This document shows positions 1 through 10,731 of a DNA stretch of 33,812 nucleotides, piece by piece (within the stretch, counting starts at the first letter, position 1; each line of letters begins with the position of its first letter). The stretch lies in contig NMRA01000038.1 of the NCBI GenBank assembly GCA_002633005.1, positions 1 through 33,812 on the forward strand, read 5' to 3'. A model generated the notes under the pieces. The model was not told the DNA's origin and ran no database searches. It was given only the letters and a program-made list of their open reading frames with translations. The stretch comes from Phoronis australis (taxonomy: Eukaryota; Animalia; Phoronida). A program made the position numbers and the translations under genes.

Positions 1-1998
1 ACCTCTACACAAAGCACGCAGTATAACCTCAGTGTCATATGCGCGTGGGAAGCCAGCACCATTCACGAAATCAGTGTAAATAGCGAACCAAATTTAATTC
101 AGGCCGTTTAAAGAACACATTCGAAATTGTTGAAGGTTGAACTTTTGTTTATACACACGGTATACATTTGTACAGACACAATGATCGTAGTTTAAAATAT
201 CTTCTCCGAGAGACTCCACGCCGTTCACGTTTGCGGCACTTTTATCACCATTTTCATGATCTACAGTAATCATCAGTTGGGTCGCAGCCTGTCGCGAATG
301 CCGTTTTCCTCTGTTCGATGATGTACCCGTGGATTTCAAACCGGTCTCTTTGCATCCCTCTCAACTAATTGTCCCGAGTTTCCAGTATTGGAGGCAAGCT
401 GGTACGTGCACTTAAAGCATAATCTTACTAGGCCTACTACAGTCAGTGTCACTGTGCCTCTTGACCATGTTGACCGAGAAGGCCAAAGATATTTAAAAAC
501 GGTAGTAAACTTCTGTGTTCCAACAATATGCCAATTTGATTCTTCCAGTCTAATCATAAAAATTCTTAATTTGACTGTTTAAATCCACTGGTATGCTAAT
601 ACTTACGTCAATCGTACGACAATTGTTGACGTCATGGTTTTCGTCACTTTTAGTGCAGTGAAAGCAGGATGCCGTGGAAATGTTCAATCCGTTCTGGCAA
701 GGTAAGGCTGATTAGACTTTCATCCAAGGTTAATTTTAAATTTAACATGTCTCAGGAACAGAACACGTTTCAGAACAGAAGCCAATGTACACTTTGACAC
801 ATTAGACTTGAGTGGGGATGAGTATCACAGGATGATTCACTAAGCCCTGTTGATACAAGATCTATGAGGTCGCCACTGTCTTTCCACATATGTTCGTGGT
901 CACGTGCTTGTGGTCTCCAGGCACGAATAGTTTCTGGCGCAGTATAAAACTGCATTTGAACTTTTCTGTACCATGATAGAAAAAAGGCTCCTTCAATACC
1001 ATCCTTGGAAAGCTCCTGGGCAAACCACTTCAAATTCCACCAGTTTTGATAAGCTTTCTGTGTTACTTGGCTTCAAAGTTTTCTTAGCCTCGGTCAGACA
1101 ATTTAGTTGTACCAGCTGGCAAGGGTTTAAATGCCATGTTGCTTTAGCTTGAGGAGACGCAATTTTGTAAAAGTTGACAATAACGCAAAATAGCAGTGAT
1201 GCAATATGAGGGACTTCGGGAAAATAAATGGACAAACTTATCATATCGACGATTTGAACAGATTGTTCTCCGCTTATACTGTACGTACGTGGACAAAAAG
1301 TAAAGGCAGTTAAAGGAGAATGCCACCCGATTTAATTAGTTCTTGTTAACGTCTTAAAGGAGAATGCCACCCAAAAACGGCCTATTTTGTATCAATTTAG
1401 ATCGAGTAGTTTCACTCGATAACAGCAAGTGCAGTTCTTTTACTGACCTGACGGCAGACGGAGGTAATGAAATTAACCATTGACGTCAAAGGTTTGAACG
1501 CAGTCTGTTCAGCAGTTCTCAACACGCTTACTGGTGCTATCTTATTGCTTGAATTCATCGGGTTACATAAAAAAGTCATCAAATTTCGATGTAAAACTCT
1601 TACAAATCGTAGAGTTCTTGAACAAACGTGTTGTTTTATTTCGCTGTTACGGATTTATAAGTATTTGAACGTCCCGTAGCCTACAAAGTTCGGTAGACCA
1701 ATATACCAAGGCCGGTCGCGGGAGTTTGGGGCCTCTTCGGTGATAAATTCGAATTATTCTTCAGTGAAATACAGACAGGAGAGCACGAAAAGACTATATT
1801 AGTGAGCCAAAGAAATAACGTGCACGTGATTATTTTGGTGAATTAGCCAAGAAACTGCGAACCTACCTACTCGTCGGGGGCCGTGAAGTCAGGTTCCTTT
1901 TCCACAGAACCGTAACAATGATTCGAATAATGTATATGTATATCTAAATAAAGATTACCCTAACATCTGACCATTGGATATAAAACCGAGTTATTGTT

Positions 1999-2153
1999 CA
2001 GAGGCAGATTTAGAGAGGGGGCCAAGGGTGCCATGCCCCCCTAATATTCTCCCAGATTAAATTTGGTAATTCGGGGTGTAAACGTCTGACGGGCATAATC
2101 CTGGCTAATACTCTGCCCCGCCCCCCAACTCAAAATCCTGGATCCACCCCTTG
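1999..2153. mobile_element. ~155-bp MITE, CAGGGGCGGATCCAG-type termini
   Basis: Imperfect TIRs (cagaggcagatttag / ctggatccaccccttg) with G/C runs; full-length similarity to the inverted copy at 19319-19475. Confidence 0.8.
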
Positions 2154-3861
2154 TCAAGGTTTTGCAGCAGTGGCTGGAGCATAAGAAAGAGACATTGCGT
2201 AGTAAGTTTTGTTTGAGTGGACACGATGAGTACGTGCGGCCGAAATTAATAAAGTGATTAACTCGAACCAGTCTTTAGTATATCGTCAAAAGCTGCTAAA
2301 CACCGGTCAGCGATAACCTGTGTCCGCCCATCCACGGAGTAAACCGTGACATGTTCATTATAAAAATTGCAAACAGATGCGTGCCGACTAAGACGTCTTA
2401 GGAATGAAACGGATAAAAAGACAAATATAGACGGCACACCCATATATTAAAACCGCAATTTATTTTTTTTTTCTCTTCATTCATTTATTCATATCATTAC
2501 TACACTGCAATAAACGTAAGGTTTTCATAAGCTCATTCAGTCACCCATAACGATGACAAAACCAGCCAGCTTCCTATCTTAAGAGTGCAGTGCACTTCAG
2601 ACCAGACAAAAAGCCATACATGGGTGATACACCCTATGTCACGGATTTAGATCGTACTATGCGTTGAAGTTTACTTGCTTATGTTATATTACTGAAATGT
2701 AGTTTAGAAATTCCTACTCTGAAAAGTAGCTTAAAAGTCTGGCACATCAGTTTTCACTCAAAATCAGTGTCAAATTTTACCATGAAATCCCATTTTTTGT
2801 GGTATTTTAAAAATGATAGAAGCTGCTGAACAGTCAAATAGTTTGTGTTTTGGATTAACTCATCCATGGTCTCAGTAATAATAATAAATAGAAATTGGAA
2901 TTGCCTGAATTTGCAAAAACACAGGAAACTTACCCAATTTGAACGTGCGAATCGAGAAACAATCCTATTAAACTTCAGCACGTGCATTATACTCAAGTAA
3001 ATAACCCCGGCATAAATCCTGAAGGTTACTGGAGAGATACACTGAGTCGACTTATTCAGTTCAGACAGTGGCGCTATTTTGAACTCGGAAGACGATTTGT
3101 GTGCGTTAAAAGATTGCCCTTCGTTATCCGTAGGTGATACTCAAACATTAAACTAAGACCGTGAGTTATTTTTAGAAATGACATCGCTTCAGTTTAGAGA
3201 ACGTTTGTTGGCCGTCCCGCCGGCTTCCGGCTGTAGCCCAGCTTCAGTGGAAAACTCTAATTAAAGTTACTCAGCTACTTTGAAATTTGAACGCACATCT
3301 TAGCGGAGTACAAAGATTTCATCGCTTACTTCTTTCCGAGAAAGATCTAAATGTCGTCTTGTTTTTTACGCTGACATTTTTCTCCGCGATAGTACGTGTT
3401 CTACGTTTCAAACACTCACTGACGACTGACGCTTGCGTTTGCTGCCACGAAATTCCGCAAGTGAAACGCCTTCTTGGAGAAGCGGCTGGTGTGTCTCACG
3501 AACCATCCAGATTTTGCCATTACGGCGTTTTCCCTTTGCTCCCAACTTGTTCGACTCTATAGCCCAACAACAAATTGGAAAGATGCCCCCTTAGCCAATA
3601 TCTTACACGACTGATTAACTCCATTCTGGCAGTCACGGTTGGAGGGACAGATCTCTTTTGTTCGATTAATGACCCTAATCTCCAATAAGATCATATCTAG
3701 CCTGACTGGGCTGTGCTGTTAAACATAAAAGTTAAGTTATAACATATTTGAACATAAACCAATGGCATTTCTGAAATCCTCGTCAAATGGTGATCATGTT
3801 AAGTTTTTCAATCGCCAAAATCGCCCAACTACAACCGAAGTTATGACAATCTATTCTTCGC

Positions 3862-4204
3862 TGCTGCCAGTCACTTCCGAAGCATTACATACGGGCTCTC
3901 GAGGAAATCGAAAAAATAAACGATTCACCCACTTTCCTCGCAGCTTCATAGTTTGCACAAGCGGTAACGATGCATCACACCATAGCGGCACTCACTCTGC
4001 AGAAGAACCACTGACGTCGCTGCGTCGATCGTTTCTCACCTTCGTCACAGGTTAACGCGACACCTCTTGGCGAGGTAAGATCGACCGCTTACGTGGTGAT
4101 GTAGATAAAGAGCGATTAATCATGAAGCTGCGAGGAAAGCGGGTATATCGTTTTTTCGATTTCATCGAGAACTCGAAATGCTTAGTAAGTGGTTCCCGGC
4201 AGTA
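3862..4204. repeat. Diverged inverted repeat (foldback) inside the large element
   Basis: ctttcctcgcagcttcat (about 3932-3949) is the exact reverse complement of atgaagctgcgaggaaag (about 4122-4139), and similarity extends on both sides. The opposing ORF translations share RF/YTxFPRSF. Confidence 0.85.
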
Positions 4205-5639
4205 AAGACCGAAAAGTAAGCCGAAAAACCGAGTATGAGGCCGTAAAACATCTCCCTGCTGTGGCCGATAAAGCGGTTCTGTTTCCAAATGATTTTCACC
4301 CTAACCAATGTTTACGTAGAACTGAAACAAAGTGTTAAAGTCTGTCTCAGTAGTTGTAATGCCACCGAGTGTTCGTGAGTGCAAATGTTTTGAGAACAAT
4401 GAATAATCATACTACGTTACAGGCTTCAGATGCAATAAAAATTGATCAGGCGCCGTGTGAGCGCCTGCTAATTCAGTGTTTGCTGACAGAAAGCTGTTGT
4501 GAAACTATGACTTCGATTTTATATGCTATAGGAATCTTTATTTAGATAAATAAACATCATTCATGTTATTGTACATCTTTTCCCTATACGGTTCTGCGGA
4601 AAGGGAACTTGGCTTCGCGGCCCCCGATGAGCGAGTAGATTTGCAATTTCGCGGCGAATTCATCAAAATATTCACGAGCACGTTATTTCTTTGGTTCACT
4701 TGTCTAGTCGTTTCGTGACTTGAAGTTTAGTTTTCAACTTTCGCTGCCGACTAACCCGACTGGTTCAAGTTTGTAATGTCTCCTGTTCCGAGCCACTGCC
4801 GGGTTATAACGAGAGTTTTGTGTTTAGAACAGATGAAATTCGTAAGTCTAAAATTACAACGCGCGGCTATGCTCTCCTCAGTGTCTGTATTTTACGGAAG
4901 AATAATTCTAATTTGTCACCGAACACACTCCAAACTTCCGCGACCGACCTCGGTAAGTTGTCCTACCCCGGCGAACTTTATAAGCTACTGTACCTTCAAA
5001 ATTTCTATAAATCCGTAACAGCAAAATAAAACGACTCGTATGTTTAAAAACTAAATGTATTTGTAAGCGTTTTACATCGAATTTTGATGATTTATTGGTG
5101 TAAAACAACGAATTCATGTGGTAAGCTTACACCAGTAAGCGTCTCGTAAATTGCTGAGCAGACTGTGTTAGAACCTATGACGTCATTGATAACTTCAGCA
5201 CCTCCGTCTGCCACTGGTGTCAGACAAAAGAACTGGACTTGCTGTTATAGAGTGGATCTACTCGATCTAAATTGATACAAAGTACATTGTTTTGGTGCCA
5301 TGCGTGCCGTTAGTGAAAATACGTTAATCTGAATTTCGGAATTTTATGTTTATTGGATATTCCAAGTGTCCCGTGTTAGTGCAGTGTGCTGGCTACTACG
5401 CTCTATCACAACGTTATGCATGCCCCTAAAACGGGTCGTTTTGGCACTCATTTTGCTGCCTTGGCTGGCCGCTTTCTACCCTGACACGTGGCTAGAACCC
5501 CGAGTAACCTGGCTTAAGGTATGAGTCTAGATTGCCGATACGAGAGAAGTGGCTCATTAAACTAACGAGTGAGGTAAACAGTTAACGCAGCATCCAGCTT
5601 AAGCACCAAATACAACAAACTTTACACCTGCACCTTCAT

Positions 5640-5645
5640 TTTATT
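5640..5645 (-). terminator. Candidate polyadenylation signal of the uncharacterised gene
   Basis: TTTATT on plus (AATAAA on minus) about 180 nt beyond the stop at 5826. Confidence 0.35.
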
Positions 5646-5825
5646 TTGCTCTTCTTCAATCAATTTACATTCAATATATGTACACAACAGAGACTTAATT
5701 GTTGCAAAACATACACGGAGGTGCAGCCTATTTTAGAATAGAAAGCGTTTTGTATTAAAAGTGTTAAAAGCGCTCAAAAACTGAGCATCTGATTATGTCC
5801 GCCAGTGGATTATGACGTAGATATT

Positions 5826-7620
5826 CTAATCTCCACAGGCATTACAGCATATGAAATGCCGCCACCGTGAAGCGAAACTTTGCGCCTGCAGAGAGGAAGT
5901 GGTAGACTGCTTGCCCAAGTGACTGTTTTGTCTGAATCGGGATTTCAAACGTTTGAAGAATCCCTCACGTTTCGCAACATTTGGATTATCCGTAAAGTCA
6001 TAGTCCTCTGAAACAGAACAAACGACAACAAGAGGAAGATGCGCGAATCCAGACTTCTTGACGTCTTCTGGACGAATGCCCACAGTGGTGAATGGATTGT
6101 TGGTACTTTGCAACCTAGTTTTGCTTTCCTTCTTGCATTCAGTGTCCACTGTGTTATCTCCCGTAGCAAACGAGGAATCACACTGCGGCAACGTTGCAAC
6201 AAGAGATGGTATGTCGAACTCAAGACGGACATTATCAACCACCCCTGATTCATTCTTGGCTTGAAGATTTGTCGCTACAACCTCGTCCTTAACAGTTACG
6301 GACATTTCAGTATTCTTTGAAAAATGCAACGTTGTATACAAAATGGGATCGTGAAGCCAGCGGTGACACCACAAGATTTAAAAAGGTCTAGTCGAAAATC
6401 TTTGCGGTTGATGTTCTCATCAGCTTCAGCTATGGGGATGCAAGTGTTTTCTAAAGGATTTGCAGCAAGAGAAGAAATGGCATCTTGAGGCAACTTTGCG
6501 AAACTGTGCATTGTGTAGTCCTCTGGACTGATAGCTTCGACGCATCTTGATATGCAGCACACAGTCTCAACTGCAGAGGTTTGGGTGTCCTGTGTAAAAG
6601 TCTTGCGGATCACAGGGTATACTGTCGATTCAGCCAACTCAGTGAATTCAGACAGCGCAGCGTCTTCTAAGTGGCCGCTTTCAAAGGTTTCCTTTTTGGA
6701 TCTCGGGACTTTTTTCTTATTGTTAGCATCATCAGCGAAGCAAGAGATTCCTGACATTTGGATGACTTCCCGTCCAACATCGTCAACGTCGGCTGGTTTG
6801 TTTCTACCCGGTTTCACTAACTACTCTCCCTCCAGTATCAGTCATACATGCAGAGGTATGGCGGATGCTTTCTGAAGCATCTATGACTCTGTAAAGAGAG
6901 GAAATTGCGCCGTAAGGCAACAATAGGATATCACTCTCTCTGTCGTCCTTCGCTGAAATATCTTCAGCATTTCTTGTTTCGATACAACCTTCACCCTCGG
7001 ATGTTGACTCTGTTTCGGAAACTGTCTCCGTACTATAAGCATCATCAGCGAACTCAGCGATACCTGACAATTTGATGAAGTCCTGTCGAACATCATCAAC
7101 GTCGCCTGGTTTGTTTCTAACGTCCAGTTTCATTACGTCTCTCCCTTCAGCATTCTGACGACCAATCGGCTCGTTTTCTCGGCCCATCTTCTCATGGACA
7201 TTCTTTTTTTCCTTTCTCGCTTTTCTCTGGAGAAATGGGGCACACTTCACCCGACCTGTTTCTTTCACATTTATCGTCTGCTTTCTGGATGCCTGACGAG
7301 TTTCCGATTTCGCACTCGAATTTGCAGTCGGCGACCTGCCCGGCGAGTGCCTCTGTTTTGCGGTCAACGTCAGATACACATCTGACACCAGATTCCATTA
7401 ACTCAGTGTCAATTTCTGCATTCTCAACATGTACATCTCCTAACCCCTTGTCGTCCATTGCCGTGTTTGCAAAAGTGTCTTTGTTGCACGGGGATATCCA
7501 CATGACAGAGTTTACTTTCTCTGTTGTTCTCAACATAATGTGCCAAATAAAGTCTATAATCCATAATATTGTGACTTTTACAATGTCTCGAATAACTCTG
7601 TGAGCCATTCTCAGGTCCAT
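5826..7620 (-). pseudogene. Frameshift-interrupted uncharacterised acidic repeat-protein gene, copy A (about 600 codons if restored)
   Basis: Four overlapping minus-strand ORFs (7192-7650, 6804-7388, 6296-6817, 5826-6374) tile the interval. The first break is a T7 run at 7204-7210 that is T6 and in frame in copy B. A peptide repeat recurs in three of the ORFs. ATG at 7620 in caaaATGg context, TATATAT about 80 nt upstream, AATAAA about 180 nt downstream. No family recognised. Confidence 0.6.
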
Positions 7621-7697
7621 TTTGAAACAGTTCTCAATTGAATACGTCACGAATAGTCCGACGTCACCAACACGTCAAATGCCAACACGATTTGAAC

Positions 7698-7704
7698 ATA
7701 TATA
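7698..7704 (-). promoter_or_regulatory. TATA-like box for the uncharacterised gene (equivalent at about 11625-11631 in copy B)
   Basis: TATATAT on the minus strand about 80 nt before the ATG, followed by three TGACGT motifs; retained in both copies. Confidence 0.35.
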
Positions 7705-7706
7705 AC

Positions 7707-8315
7707 CAGTGGCGGATCTAGGATATCACAAGGGGGGCCCAACATTTTGTCCGGCTGTAAGCATTTGCGCAAACTGAACCACGATTGTAGATGCGCATAG
7801 CACCGAATGGGGGGAGGTCGGGCAAACCCCCCTCCCGCTCAGGAAATTTTTCTGTTTTTACCTCTAAAATCAAGCATTTTCCTTGATTCCTGAAGTATTA
7901 TCCAAGAAAAAAAGGAAAAAAAAAAACAAAACTCGGAGAACGTGTCAAACAGGAAAAACTGAACGTACAAAAGATTCGAACTCATAACCTGGCGGACAGC
8001 GAGCGGGTGCGTTACCACTACACCACCACGATTTAACTAAAAACTTTAAACTAAAAGACCTAATTGTTTATGGTCCACAGCGTTTGCGCGCGAAACCAAC
8101 TTCTTTTCGTAATGCTTATTACACGTTTTATATTTTGTGCCATCAATTGTTAACAAATTTGTCGTATTTAAAATAGTCTTCAAATGCCCAAAAGACCAAA
8201 TCCGTTTTTCGTGTTGGCAATAATGACGGGATTGCTTTGGAAATCGTCTTAAGATAAGGTTTGACAAAGAGAGTATTGCGAGTTTCTGAGTGATTCACTA
8301 AGGCTTCGATTAAAA
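7707..8315. mobile_element. Non-autonomous DNA transposon insertion (CAGTGGCGGATCTAG terminus, hAT-like), present only in copy A; right end lost in the gap
   Basis: Homology to copy B breaks exactly at cagtggcgg. The first ~190 nt resemble the reverse complement of 10083-10264. Confidence 0.75.
7971..8030 (-). other. tRNA-derived (SINE-head or pseudo-tRNA) fragment with Pol III A and B boxes
   Basis: Minus strand reads tggtgtagtggtaa (A box) ... gagttcgaatc (B box) at tRNA-like spacing; no intact acceptor or anticodon stems. Confidence 0.6.
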
Positions 8316-8556
8316 NNNNNNNNNNNNNNNNNNNNNNNNNNNNNNNNNNNNNNNNNNNNNNNNNNNNNNNNNNNNNNNNNNNNNNNNNNNNNNNNNNNNN
8401 NNNNNNNNNNNNNNNNNNNNNNNNNNNNNNNNNNNNNNNNNNNNNNNNNNNNNNNNNNNNNNNNNNNNNNNNNNNNNNNNNNNNNNNNNNNNNNNNNNNN
8501 NNNNNNNNNNNNNNNNNNNNNNNNNNNNNNNNNNNNNNNNNNNNNNNNNNNNNNNN
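8316..8556. other. Assembly gap
   Basis: Run of N. Confidence 1.
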
Positions 8557-10082
8557 TGACGTTTTCTTCGTGATCACCCTTTATGGATCTTCAGTGAAGA
8601 TGTCTCATGAGAAACGGAGTATCAGACAATTGTAATGTACATATTCTCGTTATGTTGTTTGAATATGAAGACTGTAATGTTAACATTTTGTGCGTTCCTC
8701 ACTGCTATGTGCCTGGGTCCTCTTTTACACCAACTGACGCCTGACGCGAGATCATCCCGTCGCCAATCTATTAAGGCCATTAAAAACAAGTGGAACGTCG
8801 CGTTCAAAAAAACTTTAAAAAATCCCTAATGGATCATAAAATACTTGACCCGGTTTTGAAAAGTACGCTCTTCTTTCTTTCCCAACATACGCCCGGGCAT
8901 TTATTAGAATTCATTTTAGGTTTCAGGATATCCACCCATGGTCCTATTTTTGGAAATTCTCGGCACACTCTGACCATATTATTTGAACAGGATATGGCCG
9001 GGTTTCACATTGCAGTTGGTTGATAGGGTGGGGCTTTGTCTGGTGTGAACATTACTGCGCATGCACTTAATATTTTGCCAGCAGCATTCCATAAGATGAC
9101 TTTGAAGAGTTGCGCTGCGACCGAGGCCAATGTGTAGTCATAAAACATTTTAAAAAATATTGGAATAGGTCAGGCTTGGTGGTGTTTTAGGTAGGCATTG
9201 CATGTAGGCTAAGTGAATGTGGTTTGTTTGTATTTGTGAACATGTTAGGGATGAAAAAAGGCCACTTGCTAGTGTAGCATCACCCTTCTTCAAAGTAGTG
9301 GTCCCTGTTGCAATTGACCTATCGCAAGCTCCGCCCCTTGCGCAATGTCGACAAACAATAACTTTTATCTGGCAACGCGTTTGTCGGGTAAAATGGCGGA
9401 TTGGAATCAAAGGTTGTCAAGAATGCTGCGTTCTGATTGGTTAGTAAATCCGTCACTCAAAATTCTGGGGATAGGTCAATTTTGCATTGCCGAGTAGCAA
9501 CTGAGGAATTGGCTACGATTTCAGGTAGCCCTCAAACAAGCCAGATTTGCAAGAAAAACAGTTGGTTGCCAGTACATTTGAACCATATTTTTGGAATCAG
9601 TACGACCTTTGCTTTCAGAACTAACTTGGCTTTAGTCGTGCATCGGCAGGGAAGGAAGTGGTGGTTTTGGGGTGAAAAATGCTTGTTTTTAATCTACCTT
9701 GCTTTTCAGTAGGAGTGAAGGGGTCAAAAATAGAAGATATAATAAAGTTTCTGGGCTCAACTATAGCACGGCTTGTGATGTGAAATGACTCAAACTTTTC
9801 ATTCTTTGCATATAGTTTTTGACAGAGGGCAGAACAGAAGAGAATTCCATGACATGTGGGAACCTGTGACCACTAAGAAATACACAGGAAGGAACGATAA
9901 TCGATAATTTAAAAGTCGTGGGAGATAACTACACAATTTGTCGATAGCCTGTCTCAGACATATGTATGTTAAGATTTGTTATTGCTAAATCAGCAGAAGA
10001 GAATTCGATCTGGGTCGTGGGATTTTGCCGCGCTAGTCGCAAATAGCGACCTGGCCAAAGAAAAGCCGTTGAGGGCTGATTA

Positions 10083-10264
10083 CTACTTCAGAAATGAAGG
10101 AAAATGGTTGTTTTAAAAGGTGAAATTTCTCCCTGGGCGAAAGGGGGGACGCCACCCCGGCGCTCCCCATTAGGCACTACGCTCGTCTACAATTGCCATT
10201 TGCGCCGGCTTGTCTACGAGACAAATTGTTGGCGTCCCCTTATGATATCCTACCTCCGCCACTG
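10083..10264. mobile_element. Older terminal fragment of the same CAGTGGCGG family (also at about 13463-13650 in copy B)
   Basis: Ends tgatatcctacctccgccactg; colinear similarity with the reverse complement of 7707-7899. Confidence 0.7.
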
Positions 10265-10731
10265 GATGATTTATTGTAATCTTGACCAGTATTTCTATGT
10301 GGAGACAACACTGATTTCGGGCTCATACATGTTGCCAGTTGTGACCTTTGACATATGGTTAAGGCGAGAACGTGTCATGGCGATAAGTGTTACAAGTTTC
10401 TGACGATCAGGAGGTTTAATATGTCTAAAAAATTTGAATTCGCCAATTATCGTTTGTATACTGCGTGCAGTGAAGTTCTGGAGGAAAGAAATTTGATCTT
10501 CAATGCATGCATACGCCAGTACGGTTTTACACATAGTGTACCTAATTATCGGACGGAACCTAAATATCGGACATTTCATAGAATCTTACTTGAAGCATAA
10601 TCTGNCTTCCAAAGATTTCATTTTCGGATCTCGGGACTTTTTTCTTATTGTTAGCATCATCAGCGAAGCCAGAGATTCCTGACATTTGGATGACTTCCCG
10701 TCCAACATCGTCAACGTCGGCTGGTTTGTTT

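Larger units (their letters stand above)
1354..5313. mobile_element. Decayed foldback/long-TIR DNA transposon, Kolobok-like (TTAA|AGG left end)
   Basis: About 1354-1690 is the diverged reverse complement of about 4970-5313 (e.g. ttgtatcaatttagatcgagtag vs ctactcgatctaaattgatacaa). About 1783-1913 matches about 4588-4718 (ccaaagaaataacgtgc vs gcacgttatttctttgg). The left terminus TTAA-AGG fits the Kolobok TTAA TSD and RR start; the right terminus is degraded. No transposase ORF seen. Confidence 0.7.
6678..10529. repeat. Tandem segmental duplication or redundant haplotype, copy A
   Basis: 6678-7707 aligns with 10606-11634, and 8557-10529 aligns with 11927-13910, with scattered substitutions and small indels (a few percent by eye). 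Confidence 0.97.

Noticed and set aside
245-285. CTGATGA...GAAA hammerhead core on the minus strand
   Set aside because: No stem II pairing and no stem I or III partner found.
3640-3730. SINE-like 3' tail (ctgactggg...gttaaaca)
   Set aside because: No recognisable tRNA head and no second copy in the window.
3762-4288. Convergent ORF pair sharing FPRSF
   Set aside because: The similarity is explained by the DNA inverted repeat; no coding evidence.
9312-9481. 12-bp perfect inverted repeat aattgacctatc/gataggtcaatt
   Set aside because: Probably the interior of an old MITE; I could not define termini or a TSD.
7707-10264. Single 2.5 kb transposon bounded by CAGTGGCGG inverted ends
   Set aside because: No matching TSD, the ends are strongly diverged, and copy B has only the right end, so these are independent insertions.
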